From an uncultured Alphaproteobacteria bacterium (GTDB lineage Bacteria; Pseudomonadota; Alphaproteobacteria; HIMB59; GCA-002718135), in assembly GCA_902635455.1 (NCBI GenBank), contig CACPNW010000005.1, positions 9,946 to 73,945 of the forward strand: a stretch of 64,000 nucleotides of DNA, in the 5' to 3' direction. Both the position numbers and the translations under genes were made by a program. The notes below the pieces were generated by a model. That model saw only the letters and a program-made list of their open reading frames with translations, had not been told where the DNA came from and searched no databases. Positions 1 to 10,864 of the stretch are shown here, piece after piece (position 1 is the stretch's first letter; each line of letters begins with the position of its first letter).

Positions 1-239
1 TTAATAGGAATATTATGGCATAAAGGTATTAATCTTGAAGTTTCTTTAGCACCCATAATTCCAGCTAATATAGCAGTACTATTTAAACTGCCTTTTTTTG
101 TTTTCATTTGTTTTATTTTATTAAAAGTTATTTTATCAAAACTAATAGTAGCTTCTGCTTTCGCAACTCTTTCAGTAATTTGTTTTTGAGATATATTTAC
201 TATTTGAGGATTATTTTTTTTATTTATATGATTAATCAT
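1..239 (-). CDS. moaC: Cyclic pyranopterin monophosphate synthase MoaC (partial; C-terminus lies beyond the left edge)
   Basis: Absent from the ORF track because it runs off the window. My reverse-strand translation from the ATG at 239-237 gives MINHINKKNNPQIVNISQKQITERVAKAEATISF...GSLNSTAILAGIMGAKETSRLIPLCHNIPI. This matches the MoaC signature AGI-AK-T--LIPLCH. The start overlaps the trpC stop by 8 nt. Confidence 0.8.
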   Translation of the reverse strand, partial: MINHINKKNNPQIVNISQKQITERVAKAEATISFDKITFNKIKQMKTKKGSLNSTAILAGIMGAKETSRLIPLCHNIPI

Positions 240-1026
240 TATTTAATAATTCTTTTATTGTTTTTTCTTTGTTTTTTGATTTTAAAATAGTTTCTCCTAT
301 TAAAAAATTAAATATACCTAGATTATTATAGTTTATTATATCATTTTTATTTTTAATTCCACTTTCAGCAATAACTGTAAAACTATCATCTATTTTGTTT
401 ACTAAGTTAGAAGTATTGTTAAGATCAATGGATAAGCTATTTAAGTTTCTATTGTTTATACCAATAATTGGATAACCTATATTCAACGCTCTATGAATTT
501 CATCCTCATTATGAGTTTCTATTATACAGTCAAGATTTATTTCTTCAGCAATTTTTAAAAAACTTTTTACTTTACTATCTGTTAAAATTGAAAGTATCAA
601 CAAAATTGAATCAGCATTATAAACTTTGCTTTCCAGTATTTGATATTCATCTATAATAAAATCTTTTCTTAATATTGGAATATTTGCTGATTTTTTTATT
701 GTTGAAATATGATCAATGTCACCTTCAAAATATTTTTTATCAGTAAGAACAGAAATTGCACCAATACCATATTTCTCATAAGATAATGCTATCTCTTCAG
801 GAAAATAATCTTGAATAATCGTTCCAGCACTTGGACTTGTTTTTTTTATTTCTCCAATAATAAGATTTTTATTATTTTTTTTAGCATCAATTAAATTTTT
901 TTTAAAATCTCTTTTTAAATCTGTTTTTGAAAGTAATTTTTCTAGAGTTTTTAATGAACATTTTTTTTTACTCTCTACAATTTCTTTTTCTTTATTTTGA
1001 CATATATTTTTTAATAAATTTTCCAT
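232..1026 (-). CDS. trpC: Indole-3-glycerol phosphate synthase
   Basis: 264 aa. IGPS motifs IGEIKKTSPSAG, ISVLTD, ILRKDFI, NNRNL and ESGI. Follows trpD in a trpEGDC cluster. Confidence 0.9.
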   Translation of the reverse strand: MENLLKNICQNKEKEIVESKKKCSLKTLEKLLSKTDLKRDFKKNLIDAKKNNKNLIIGEIKKTSPSAGTIIQDYFPEEIALSYEKYGIGAISVLTDKKYFEGDIDHISTIKKSANIPILRKDFIIDEYQILESKVYNADSILLILSILTDSKVKSFLKIAEEINLDCIIETHNEDEIHRALNIGYPIIGINNRNLNSLSIDLNNTSNLVNKIDDSFTVIAESGIKNKNDIINYNNLGIFNFLIGETILKSKNKEKTIKELLNND

Positions 1027-1028
1027 TT

Positions 1029-2027
1029 TTACTTTATTAATCGATTTAAATATTTTTTTGTTACTCCTTGATCTATTGCTTTTTTAGCAATTTCAAACCC
1101 CTCTTTTAAATCTTTTGCAATATTGCTTAAATATAATGCTGCTCCTGCATTTATCTCGATTATTTTTTGAAATTTTTTATACTTACCATCTAACATATTT
1201 AAAAAACATTCAGCATTGTACTTAGGCTCGCCTCCAACAATGTCTTCAATATTTATATATTCATATCCATAATCATTAGGGTTAAAAATATATTCTGCGA
1301 TTTTGTTATTTTTTAGCTCACAAACAAGAGTATTATTTGTTAGAGTTATTTCATCCAGTCCATCCATACCATGGACAATCATTGCCCTATTTGATCCTAA
1401 TTCTTTTAGTGATTCACAATGAATTTTTAACCATTTTTTATCAAATACACCAAGTAATTGATTTTTAGCGTTTGCTGGATTTGTTAGAGGTCCAAGAAGG
1501 TTAAATATAGTTTTAGTAGCTAGATTTTTTCTTACATTAATAACATTTTTCATTGCAGAATGATGATTCTGAGCAAATAAAAAACAAAAGTTATTTTCAT
1601 TGAGAGATTTTTCAAGATTTTCAACATCATTTGATATTTTGTATCCTAACTCTTCAAGCATGTCTGCTGAACCTGATTTAGAGCTCACAGACCTATTACC
1701 ATGTTTTGCAATTATTGCTCCAGCACTAGCGGCAACAATTGAAGCACTAGTTGATATATTTAATGTGTTTCTCATATCTCCTCCTGTACCACATGTATCA
1801 ATTGTGTTATCAGGTGATTTAATTTTCAATGATTTTTGTCTCATTATTTGAGCTGCTCCAATAATTTCGTCCTTAGTTTCACCTTTCATCCTAAGGCCAA
1901 TTAGAATAGCTGATAGCTCTATGTCAGAAAAATCACCATTCATTATTTTTTCAAACAAATGCAAAGATTCTTCTTTACTAATATTTATGTGATTAAATAT
2001 TTTATTTTTTATATTTTTAATATTCAT
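1029..2027 (-). CDS. trpD: Anthranilate phosphoribosyltransferase
   Basis: 332 aa. CGTGGD and KHGNRSVSSKSGSAD motifs, full length. Confidence 0.93.
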   Translation of the reverse strand: MNIKNIKNKIFNHINISKEESLHLFEKIMNGDFSDIELSAILIGLRMKGETKDEIIGAAQIMRQKSLKIKSPDNTIDTCGTGGDMRNTLNISTSASIVAASAGAIIAKHGNRSVSSKSGSADMLEELGYKISNDVENLEKSLNENNFCFLFAQNHHSAMKNVINVRKNLATKTIFNLLGPLTNPANAKNQLLGVFDKKWLKIHCESLKELGSNRAMIVHGMDGLDEITLTNNTLVCELKNNKIAEYIFNPNDYGYEYINIEDIVGGEPKYNAECFLNMLDGKYKKFQKIIEINAGAALYLSNIAKDLKEGFEIAKKAIDQGVTKKYLNRLIK

Positions 2028-2595
2028 AATTAATTAAATTTAAAAAGTTTTTTAAAATTTTTTTCCCATTTGTAGTTCCAATACTCTCTGGATGAAACTG
2101 CAATCCAAAAATTGGAAGTTTTTTATGAGCAATTCCCATTATTATTTTTTTATCAGTTTCTGCAATGATATTAAAATCTAAATTAAGGGTTTCTTTCTTA
2201 ATTATTAAAGAATGATATCTAGTTGCTTTGAAAGTTTTATTTATATCTTTAAAAATTTTATGATTATTATGATTGATATTGTCTATTTTACCATGCATAA
2301 TTTCGTTACATTTAACTACAGAACTTTTAAACGCCTGACCAATACATTGATGACCAAGACATATGCCTAAAATTGGATAAATATTTTTAACTTTATTTAT
2401 TAATTCCAAGCATATACCCGCTTCATTCGGTGAGCAAGGACCCGGTGAAATAATTATACCCTGGGGATTTAAATTAATAATATCATCAATTGAAATTTGA
2501 TCATTTCTAAATATTTTAATTTTTGCATTTAATTCTGATAAATAATGATAAACATTATAAGTAAAGCTGTCATAATTATCTATTAGAATTAACAT
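2017..2595 (-). CDS. trpG: Anthranilate synthase component II (class-I glutamine amidotransferase)
   Basis: 192 aa. GATase triad context GICLGHQ ... LQFHPES. Lies between trpE and trpD. Confidence 0.9.
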   Translation of the reverse strand: MLILIDNYDSFTYNVYHYLSELNAKIKIFRNDQISIDDIINLNPQGIIISPGPCSPNEAGICLELINKVKNIYPILGICLGHQCIGQAFKSSVVKCNEIMHGKIDNINHNNHKIFKDINKTFKATRYHSLIIKKETLNLDFNIIAETDKKIIMGIAHKKLPIFGLQFHPESIGTTNGKKILKNFLNLINYEY

Positions 2596-4073
2596 TATAT
2601 ATATTTATAAGAATCTTTCGCAGCAGCCATCAATGCATTAGCCTTATTTAAAGTTTCCTGATATTCGTTTTCAGCTACTGAATCATAAACTATACCACCT
2701 CCTGCTTGAATGTATAATTTGTTTTCTTTAACTAAGCCGGTTCGTAAGCTAATACATGTGTCCATATCACCATTAGAATCAAAGTAACCCATACATCCTG
2801 CATAAAAACTTCTATTTACATTTTCAAGTTCTTCAATAATCTCCATAGCTCTTATTTTGGGCGCTCCTGAAACTGTCCCAGCTGGAAAACCTGCAACTAG
2901 AGCATCAACTGCATCGTATTTTGTATCTAAATTTCCTTCAACATTTGAAACTATATGCATAACGTGGGAATAATATTCAATCAACATTTTTTCAGTTACT
3001 TTAACTGAGTTTATTTTAGAAACTCTACCTACATCATTTCTTCCTAAATCTAATAGCATGAGATGTTCAGCTAGTTCTTTTTTATCATTAAGTAGTTCTT
3101 TTGATAATTCAATATCTTCTAAAGAATTTTTACCCCTTTTTCTGGTTCCAGCAATTGGCCTAATAGTAATTTTATTATTTCTTAATTGAACCATTAATTC
3201 AGGGCTAGAAGCAACTAAGCCTATGTCATTAAAATTTAAATTAACAAGATAAGGAGATGGATTTAAACGTCTTAAGGATCTGTATAAATTAATAGCTTTT
3301 AAGTTATATTCAGTTTCAAATCTTTGTGAAGCAACAACTTGAAAAATATCACCTTGTTCAATGTATTTTTTAGCTTTCTCAACAATATCAAAATATTCTT
3401 TTTTAGTGTAATTTGAAACAAAATCTAATTTATGATTGACTTCGATATTTTTGTAAGAAAAATTTAAATAATTTTCTTGAAGTTTTGACATTGTATTTTC
3501 TAATAGATTTTGGCAATCTTGATAGGCTTTTAACGCATCAATATTTTTGTTTGGATACGCTAAAGTCATCAAAGAAATAGTATCTTTGACGTTATCAAAA
3601 ACTGCTACAATTTTTGGTCTCATTAATATAGCTTCAGGAATATTAATTTTGTCTGGGTTATTAAGATTAATTTTTTCCATATATTTGATCATGGGATATC
3701 CAAGATAACCAACTAAAATTGGATAAGGAACTTCTAAATTTTCATTTGTTATTTTTGAAATATTTATAATATCTTTAAGTGAACTTAATGGAGAACTACT
3801 AACATTATAATTATAATCTTCATCTAAATAAGTAATAGAAGCTTTGTTGTCCTTTACACTCCATATTAAATCAGGATCGCAACCAAGTAAGGAATACCTA
3901 CCTTTATTGCTTCCACCTTCTACTGATTCAAGTAAAAAAGAATATTTTTGATTCTTTGATATTTTCATTAATGTAGATATTGTTGTTTCAATATCTGCAA
4001 TTAAATTTTTTTTTAAAATTTGAGGTATGCCGTCACTATAATTTTTTATAAATTTTTCTTTATTTGTTTCCAT
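2595..4073 (-). CDS. trpE: Anthranilate synthase component I
   Basis: 492 aa. Chorismate-binding motifs LLESVEGG, IAGTRKRG, ELAEHLMLLDLGRND and PAGTVSGAPKIRAMEII. Confidence 0.93.
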   Translation of the reverse strand: METNKEKFIKNYSDGIPQILKKNLIADIETTISTLMKISKNQKYSFLLESVEGGSNKGRYSLLGCDPDLIWSVKDNKASITYLDEDYNYNVSSSPLSSLKDIINISKITNENLEVPYPILVGYLGYPMIKYMEKINLNNPDKINIPEAILMRPKIVAVFDNVKDTISLMTLAYPNKNIDALKAYQDCQNLLENTMSKLQENYLNFSYKNIEVNHKLDFVSNYTKKEYFDIVEKAKKYIEQGDIFQVVASQRFETEYNLKAINLYRSLRRLNPSPYLVNLNFNDIGLVASSPELMVQLRNNKITIRPIAGTRKRGKNSLEDIELSKELLNDKKELAEHLMLLDLGRNDVGRVSKINSVKVTEKMLIEYYSHVMHIVSNVEGNLDTKYDAVDALVAGFPAGTVSGAPKIRAMEIIEELENVNRSFYAGCMGYFDSNGDMDTCISLRTGLVKENKLYIQAGGGIVYDSVAENEYQETLNKANALMAAAKDSYKYI

Positions 4074-5905
4074 TAATATTGTTTCAAAAGAGCATCAATC
4101 AAACTATCATTCGTAGAAATTTTTTTATTTTTTATTATCTCATTTCCAAATGCATTTTTTAAATCAGAAATTAAATTAATTGATTCTTCATTATTTGTAT
4201 CATTGGTCATTATTATATCTTTTATCTTTGCTATATAAACATCTTCATTTTCAAAGATTATAATGTGATCATTAATCTTCTTTAAAAAAATATTATTAAC
4301 TAAATTATTGGGAATTAAATTATTATTTTTATCAATTTCTATTAAATTTAATTCAAATGAATACTCTGAAGATAAATTTTTTAGATAATTTTCATTATTA
4401 TTTTTGTTTTCAAAATCTTTAGTTATAAAATCCTTCTTTTTTTCAAAATGCCAGTCTTGAATTACTTTTTCACTAATTTCATTATAGTCCAATTCCGTAG
4501 ATGGATATATTTTATCTACATTATATAAAAAAGATTTATTATTATAATCAATTAAATCACTTACATAATCTTTGTTGCTTATAAAACTTTTTGCAATTAT
4601 TTGATCTTTTAAATCATCTTCTAAATTATTTTGATTAATATTATTTGCTTTTTTAATATAATTTAAATCTAAATTATTTGAATTTGCAATTTCTTTTATA
4701 TTAGATCCATTAATTACTTGTTCTGATACTTTATTTTTCAAGTCAGAAATAAAATTATTTAATTCTACTTCTAAAAGTGTCTTCTTTATGTCTTCAGATG
4801 ATTCAATAAATGATTTAATTTTTTCTGATATAATATTTGTAAGTATTATAATGTGATAGGCTAGTGGTGATTTGATAACTTTTGAAATTTCGTCTTTACT
4901 TAAATCAAATATTACTTCTGAAAGCTGTTCTAAAACTTCATTACTGCCTAAATCTTTAAATTCATTATATAAAATATTATTTTTGCTAGCGAAATCAATT
5001 ATTTTATTAGAGTCAAAATATTTTATATCTTTATAAAATGTATCTGCTTCATCTTTTGTTTTAAAGTTAAATTGAATAAAATCTCTTTTCTCAGGAATTG
5101 AAAAAAGTTTTTTATTATTATCATAATAGTTTTTAATATCTGAATCTGATGGGGTGAATTGATTATTATAATTTTCTGGATCAATTATAATATAAGATAT
5201 ATCTCTAGTTTCATTACTCATATAATCATTAATATTTTGATTATAATAATCTAAAATTTCATTATTGCTTTCATTAAGTTGGTCCAATTTAATATTTTCT
5301 AAATTGAATTCGTTTAAATTAAATTTTATAAATTCTATTTTTCTTATATGTTTATCATGATTGATAATTTTATTATTAATTTTATTTGTGATATTAACTT
5401 TAAAAAATAAGTCCTCAAATATATTAGACCTTGTTTCAAAATCGATTATATTCACTAGATCATCTATTTTTAATCCTTGCTGTTGTAAAAAAGAGTTTAA
5501 AGCCAAATCATCAATTTTATTTTTATCATTATAAATTTGTGGAACTCTTTTTTTTGTTTCTTGAGCTAAAACTTTTTCATCAATAAAATAATTGTTAATT
5601 TTGAATTCATTTTCAAAAACAGCATTATTTATTAAACTTCCTAGTACCAGTGAATGTATTTGATAAGCTCTTATTTCGTCTCCACTTAATTTTTTATTAA
5701 GCATTTGACCAAATTGACTTATTTGTACTTGCATGGTCCTGTTAAATTTAGATGTTGATATTGGTGTTCCTGAAACTGATGCAACTACATTATCTGAATT
5801 AAAAATATTTGAATATTTAGAGCCACCTCTAAAAAAAAATAAGCTTAATCCAAATAATATAGCCAAGACAAAGGCTATTTTTGATTTTCCCAATGCTCTA
5901 AACAT
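4073..5905 (-). CDS. ppiD: Periplasmic chaperone / peptidyl-prolyl isomerase D-like protein
   Basis: 610 aa. N-terminal membrane anchor (IAFVLAILFGLSLFFF) followed by a long SurA-N/PpiD-like region. Sits next to trpE as in many alphaproteobacteria. The sequence is Asn/Lys-rich, so the family assignment is moderate. Confidence 0.7.
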   Translation of the reverse strand: MFRALGKSKIAFVLAILFGLSLFFFRGGSKYSNIFNSDNVVASVSGTPISTSKFNRTMQVQISQFGQMLNKKLSGDEIRAYQIHSLVLGSLINNAVFENEFKINNYFIDEKVLAQETKKRVPQIYNDKNKIDDLALNSFLQQQGLKIDDLVNIIDFETRSNIFEDLFFKVNITNKINNKIINHDKHIRKIEFIKFNLNEFNLENIKLDQLNESNNEILDYYNQNINDYMSNETRDISYIIIDPENYNNQFTPSDSDIKNYYDNNKKLFSIPEKRDFIQFNFKTKDEADTFYKDIKYFDSNKIIDFASKNNILYNEFKDLGSNEVLEQLSEVIFDLSKDEISKVIKSPLAYHIIILTNIISEKIKSFIESSEDIKKTLLEVELNNFISDLKNKVSEQVINGSNIKEIANSNNLDLNYIKKANNINQNNLEDDLKDQIIAKSFISNKDYVSDLIDYNNKSFLYNVDKIYPSTELDYNEISEKVIQDWHFEKKKDFITKDFENKNNNENYLKNLSSEYSFELNLIEIDKNNNLIPNNLVNNIFLKKINDHIIIFENEDVYIAKIKDIIMTNDTNNEESINLISDLKNAFGNEIIKNKKISTNDSLIDALLKQY

Positions 5906-5927
5906 ATTTATTTGTTGCTTCTATAAT
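5899..5927 (+). promoter_or_regulatory. Candidate sigma70-type promoter for tpiA (TAAACA-N17-TATAAT)
   Basis: Perfect -10 TATAAT at 5922-5927, 27 nt upstream of the tpiA ATG. Imperfect -35 TAAACA at 5899-5904 with a 17-nt spacer. The -35 lies inside the divergent ppiD 5' end. In AT-rich DNA such matches arise by chance. Confidence 0.3.
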
Positions 5928-5954
5928 ATTAGTTTCTATAAGTGAAAGTAAATA

Positions 5955-6683
5955 ATGCTTGAAATTGATAAATTTAAAAAAATAATAATAGCCAATTGGA
6001 AATTAAATGGTTCAATTCCTTATTTAAATGAATATATAGAAAATATACAATTTGACAAATCCAAGGATAATAACAATTGTTTAGTAGTTTGCCCACCTTC
6101 AACATTAATCCCTTATATAAAAACTAAAAAATTTTTTATAGGTTCGCAAGACTGCTCTAGTTTTAAAGAGGGTGCATATACAGGTGAGATAAGCTGTAAA
6201 ATGCTGAAAGAAATTGGATGTGATTTTGTAATAATTGGACACTCTGAGAGAAGATCTATTTTTAAAGAACATCACAAGTCAATTTTTGATAAATGTACAA
6301 ACGCAATTAATAACAAATTAATTCCTATTTTGTGCATTGGTGAAAATGGACAACAAAGAAAAGAAAATTTACATAAAGAAGTTTTGATGGATCAATTAAG
6401 TAAATCCCTTCCTAAAAATATTGATATTGAAAATATAATTATTGCATACGAGCCTGTTTGGTCAATAGGAACAGGTTTGGTTCCGGATCAAAACCAAATA
6501 TCAGAAATTCATGATTTTATAAAGCAAGAGGTTTTGCGCAGTAATCAAGTTAGAGTAATTTATGGTGGATCTGTAAAGGCCGCTAATTATAAAAAAATAT
6601 TAGAAATTCAAAATGTTGATGGCCTACTTGTTGGGGGAGCTTCGCTTAATTTGGATGAATTTAATCAAATCATCAAATTTTAA
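5955..6683 (+). CDS. tpiA: Triosephosphate isomerase
   Basis: 242 aa. ANWKLNG, IGHSERR, AYEPVWSIGTG and VGGASL motifs. Confidence 0.92.
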   Translation: MLEIDKFKKIIIANWKLNGSIPYLNEYIENIQFDKSKDNNNCLVVCPPSTLIPYIKTKKFFIGSQDCSSFKEGAYTGEISCKMLKEIGCDFVIIGHSERRSIFKEHHKSIFDKCTNAINNKLIPILCIGENGQQRKENLHKEVLMDQLSKSLPKNIDIENIIIAYEPVWSIGTGLVPDQNQISEIHDFIKQEVLRSNQVRVIYGGSVKAANYKKILEIQNVDGLLVGGASLNLDEFNQIIKF

Positions 6684-6725
6684 TATTATTCTTGATAAAC
6701 TTAATAACTTAAATATAAGTCCATA

Positions 6726-7037
6726 ATGACAACTTTAATAGTAATTCAACTAATTTTAGCTATATTTTTAGTTATACTTGTATTGCTGCAAGGCTCAGAC
6801 AATGAGGGATTGGGATTTGGAGGAGGAGGCTCCTTAGGTGGAATGATGTCAGCAAGAGGATCTGCAAATTTATTGTCAAGATTAACAGCTCTTACTGCTA
6901 CATTATTTATGATAATGAGTGTTGTTTTAACAATTGCTGCTTCAGTTGGGTCTGATAAAAATATCCTTGATTCTCTTCCATCAATAAATAATGAGCTAGA
7001 AAGTACATCAGAGCCCTCTATTCCTGAAGATAATTAA
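6726..7037 (+). CDS. secG: Preprotein translocase subunit SecG
   Basis: 103 aa. N-terminal TM then LLQGS...GFGGGGSLGG glycine motif and a second TM. tpiA-secG-pyrG synteny. Confidence 0.85.
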   Translation: MTTLIVIQLILAIFLVILVLLQGSDNEGLGFGGGGSLGGMMSARGSANLLSRLTALTATLFMIMSVVLTIAASVGSDKNILDSLPSINNELESTSEPSIPEDN

Positions 7038-7088
7038 CTATTATTCACTTGCTATAGATCAAGCTATTATATATCAGGGTATTCCGTA

Positions 7089-8708
7089 ATGCATTTTGTT
7101 TTTATTACGGGTGGTGTAGCATCTTCATTAGGAAAAGGTCTTGCTTCTGCATCTTTGGCTTCACTGCTACAATCAAGAAATTTCAAAGTAAGAATACGTA
7201 AACTAGATCCATATTTAAATGTTGATCCAGGAACAATGAGTCCATACCAGCATGGAGAAGTATTTGTAACAGATGATGGTGCAGAAACTGATCTTGATTT
7301 AGGTCATTATGAAAGGTTTACAAACCAATCTTCAAAAAAAAGTGACAGTATTTCATCAGGTAAAATTTATTCAAATGTATTGAATAAAGAAAGAAAAGGG
7401 GACTATTTAGGTTCAACAATTCAAGTAATACCTCATGTTACAAATGAAATAAAACTATTTATGAATAGTGATTTAAAAGATGAGGATATTGTTATTTATG
7501 AAATTGGGGGCACTGTAGGCGATATTGAATCACTTCCTTTTCTTGAGGCTATAAGACAAATTAGAAATGATAAAAAAATATCATCAGCATTAATTCACAT
7601 GACTTTTGTGCCCTTCTTAAGTTCAGCAGGTGAGTTAAAAACCAAACCAACCCAACATTCTGTAAAAGAATTATTAAATGCAGGAATACAACCAGATATT
7701 ATAATGTGTAGATGTGAAAAAAGCATAGATGAAGAAGCTTTAGAGAAAATATCGTTATTTTGTAATGTTAAGAAAGAAGCGGTTATACCTGCCTTAAATG
7801 CAAATTCAATATACGAAGTACCTTTGCTCTATTACAACGCTGGATTAGATATTTCTTTATTAAATCATTTTTCATATGATCCAAAAAAACATCCATTAAA
7901 TTTAGATCCTTGGAAAAAAGTAATTAATAAAATAAATAATTTAAAAACATTAACTACAATAGGTGTAGTTGGTAAATACACAGATTTAAAAGATAGCTAT
8001 AAATCTTTAACTGAAGCTTTGATACATGGTGGATTAGAAAACAATACCAAGGTTGAAATAAAATTTTTAAACTCTGAAAAATTAAATGATACTCAAATCA
8101 ATGAAGCCTTAAGTAAGGTTGATGGTATATTAGTGCCAGGAGGATTTGGTTATAGAGGTGTTGAAGGAAAGATTAATTCAATTAAATATGCTAGAGAAAA
8201 TAATATTCCATTTTTTGGTATTTGTCTTGGAATGCAATTAGCAGTTATAGAAATAGCTAGAAATGTATTGAATCTAAGCAAAGCTAATTCAACTGAATTT
8301 GAAGATACAGATTACCCAGTTATTGGTTTGATGACCGAATGGAATAATAATCAAAAAATTGAAAAAAGATCAGAGGATAGTAATAAAGGTGGAACTATGA
8401 GATTAGGCTCTTATAAGGCAATTTTGAAAGACAATTCATTAATAAAAAGTATTTATAATACAAAAGAGATCAATGAAAGACACAGACATAGATATGAGGT
8501 TAATATAAATTATTTAGAAAAATTTGAAGAAAATGGATTTAAATTTACAGGTATGTCGCCAGATAATATACTTCCAGAAGTATTAGAAAGCAACAATCAT
8601 AAATGGTTTATAGGAGTTCAATATCATCCAGAATTAAAATCAAGGCCGCAAGAACCGCATCCTCTTTTTGTATCTTTTATAAAAAATTGTATAAGGAATT
8701 ATGATTAA
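7089..8708 (+). CDS. pyrG: CTP synthase
   Basis: 539 aa. ITGGVASSLGKG at the N-terminus. C-terminal GATase with GICLGMQ and HRHRYE. Confidence 0.97.
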   Translation: MHFVFITGGVASSLGKGLASASLASLLQSRNFKVRIRKLDPYLNVDPGTMSPYQHGEVFVTDDGAETDLDLGHYERFTNQSSKKSDSISSGKIYSNVLNKERKGDYLGSTIQVIPHVTNEIKLFMNSDLKDEDIVIYEIGGTVGDIESLPFLEAIRQIRNDKKISSALIHMTFVPFLSSAGELKTKPTQHSVKELLNAGIQPDIIMCRCEKSIDEEALEKISLFCNVKKEAVIPALNANSIYEVPLLYYNAGLDISLLNHFSYDPKKHPLNLDPWKKVINKINNLKTLTTIGVVGKYTDLKDSYKSLTEALIHGGLENNTKVEIKFLNSEKLNDTQINEALSKVDGILVPGGFGYRGVEGKINSIKYARENNIPFFGICLGMQLAVIEIARNVLNLSKANSTEFEDTDYPVIGLMTEWNNNQKIEKRSEDSNKGGTMRLGSYKAILKDNSLIKSIYNTKEINERHRHRYEVNINYLEKFEENGFKFTGMSPDNILPEVLESNNHKWFIGVQYHPELKSRPQEPHPLFVSFIKNCIRNYD

Positions 8709-9534
8709 TATAAAATTAAACAAAGTTAATATATCTAATGAATCTCAATTTGTTTTAATTGCTGGTCCATGCGTAATTGAGAGTGAAAAACATAGTTTAT
8801 TTATGGCTGAAGCTATTAAAAAAATCTGTGAAAAAAATAATATAAATTTCATATATAAATCAAGTTTTGATAAAGCTAATAGATCAAGTATTAATAGTAA
8901 TAGAGGGGTTGATATTAAAGAAGCAGTTTCAATTTTTAAAAAAATTAAAAATAATTTAAATTGTTCAATATTAACAGATATTCATAATGAGTATCAGTGT
9001 GAATTTCTAGCTAATGAAGATTGTGTAGATATACTACAAATCCCAGCTTTTTTATGTAGACAAACTGATCTATTAATTGCTGCTGGTAAAACTAATAAAA
9101 TTATTAATATTAAAAAAGGTCAATTTTTATCACCAAACGAAATTAAAAATTTAATTTTGAAAATTGAAAGCACCTCAAACAAAAAAATATTGATTACTGA
9201 AAGAGGTACTTCGTTTGGTTATAATAATTTAATTACTGATTTTAAAGGTATAGAGATAATGAAGAAATATAAGTATCCTATTATATTTGATGCGACTCAT
9301 TCATGCCAACAACCAGGAGGCTTAGGTGACAGGAGTGGAGGCAACAGGGAATTTATAGAAGGTTTATCTAAGGCAGCGGCAGCAATAGGGGTTGCTGGAA
9401 TATTTATAGAAACTCATCAAGATCCAGATAATGCCCCAAGTGATGGACCTAATATGTTGCAATTAAGCAATCTAGACAAACTTGTATCTAAGTTAATTAA
9501 ATTAGATCAAGTTACAAAACAAATTGAGTTATAA
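8701..9534 (+). CDS. kdsA: 3-deoxy-8-phosphooctulonate (KDO-8-P) synthase
   Basis: 277 aa. KSSFDKANRSS, QIPAFLCRQTDL and FDATHSCQ motifs. Confidence 0.93.
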   Translation: MINIKLNKVNISNESQFVLIAGPCVIESEKHSLFMAEAIKKICEKNNINFIYKSSFDKANRSSINSNRGVDIKEAVSIFKKIKNNLNCSILTDIHNEYQCEFLANEDCVDILQIPAFLCRQTDLLIAAGKTNKIINIKKGQFLSPNEIKNLILKIESTSNKKILITERGTSFGYNNLITDFKGIEIMKKYKYPIIFDATHSCQQPGGLGDRSGGNREFIEGLSKAAAAIGVAGIFIETHQDPDNAPSDGPNMLQLSNLDKLVSKLIKLDQVTKQIEL

Positions 9535-9550
9535 GCAAATAAGATATTAA

Positions 9551-10828
9551 ATGGCTAAAGTAAAATCAATTTTTTCTAGAGAAATTCTTGATAGTAGAGG
9601 AAATCCAACTATCGAATGTGATATAACTCTTGAAGACAACTCTTTTGGCAGGGCTTCTGTTCCAAGCGGGGCTTCCACGGGAAAACATGAGGCCCTAGAA
9701 ATTAGAGACGGAGACTCTCAACGTTATAATGGTAAGGGCGTTTTAAAAGCAGTAAAAAATATAAATGAAAAATTATCAAAAGAATTGATTAATAAAAATT
9801 TTGATAATATTGAAAATTTTGATAATTTTCTTTTACAACTAGATGGTACAGAAAATAAGTCTAGCCTGGGTGCAAACACTACCTTAGCAGCGAGTTTGGC
9901 TTTTGCAAAAAGTTTATCTAATTTTGAAAAAATACCTTTTTTTAATTTTATTTCTAAGGATAAAAAATATTTACTACCTGTACCTATGATGAATATTATT
10001 AATGGTGGGAGCCATGCTGATAATAATGTAGATATTCAAGAATTTATGATTGCTCCTTTAGGAGCAAATAGTTTTTCTGAAGCTTTAAGATATGGTTGTG
10101 AAATATTTCAATCACTTAAATCAATTTTAAAGTCAAAAAATTTAAACACTAATGTTGGTGATGAAGGAGGTTTTGCTCCAAATATTAATTCATCAAATGA
10201 AGTTATAGAATTAATTATTAAATCTATTGAAATAACAGGACTCAAATTAAAAAAAGATGTACTAATTTCTTTAGATGTAGCCTCTTCAGAATTTTACGAA
10301 ACTAATCATTATCATTTAAAGGGTGAAAACAAAATTCTATCTTCAGATGATATGATTGATTATTTAAAAAAATTAACTTCTATGTATCCTATTTATTCTA
10401 TAGAAGATGGAATGGCTGAAGATGATTGGGATGGTTGGATAAACTTAACTAAAGAATTAGGCAATAAAGTGCAATTAGTAGGAGATGATTTATTTGTTAC
10501 AAATATTAATAGATTAAAAAATGGTGTTGAAAAAAATGCGGCAAATGCAATATTGATTAAGTTAAATCAAATTGGGACATTGTCAGAAACTTTAAATACT
10601 ATTGATTTTGCTAAAAAAAATAATTTTTCAAATATAATTTCTCACCGTTCAGGCGAAACTGAAGACACTACTATTGCTGATCTTTCTGTTGCTGTATCTT
10701 CTGGTCAGATAAAAACAGGTTCACTTTCTAGAACTGACAGAACTGCTAAATATAATCAGCTTATAAGGATTGAGGAGTTGCTAAACAATGAATCAAAATT
10801 TGCGGGCATAGATATAATTAAAGATTGA
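9551..10828 (+). CDS. eno: Enolase
   Basis: 425 aa. SREILDSRGNPT, SHRSGETEDT and IKTGSLSRTDR motifs. Confidence 0.97.
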   Translation: MAKVKSIFSREILDSRGNPTIECDITLEDNSFGRASVPSGASTGKHEALEIRDGDSQRYNGKGVLKAVKNINEKLSKELINKNFDNIENFDNFLLQLDGTENKSSLGANTTLAASLAFAKSLSNFEKIPFFNFISKDKKYLLPVPMMNIINGGSHADNNVDIQEFMIAPLGANSFSEALRYGCEIFQSLKSILKSKNLNTNVGDEGGFAPNINSSNEVIELIIKSIEITGLKLKKDVLISLDVASSEFYETNHYHLKGENKILSSDDMIDYLKKLTSMYPIYSIEDGMAEDDWDGWINLTKELGNKVQLVGDDLFVTNINRLKNGVEKNAANAILIKLNQIGTLSETLNTIDFAKKNNFSNIISHRSGETEDTTIADLSVAVSSGQIKTGSLSRTDRTAKYNQLIRIEELLNNESKFAGIDIIKD

Positions 10829-10864
10829 CATTAACGTCAATAATTTGATTTAATTAATTTAAAT

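Noticed and set aside
10823-10840. Short hairpin ATTGAC-attaac-GTCAAT overlapping the eno stop, as a terminator; also TTGACA here as a -35 element for ftsB
   Set aside because: It is only a 6-bp AT-rich stem with no clear U-tract. The candidate -10 element at the right spacing (ATTTAA) is poor. This is too weak to call in about 30% GC DNA.
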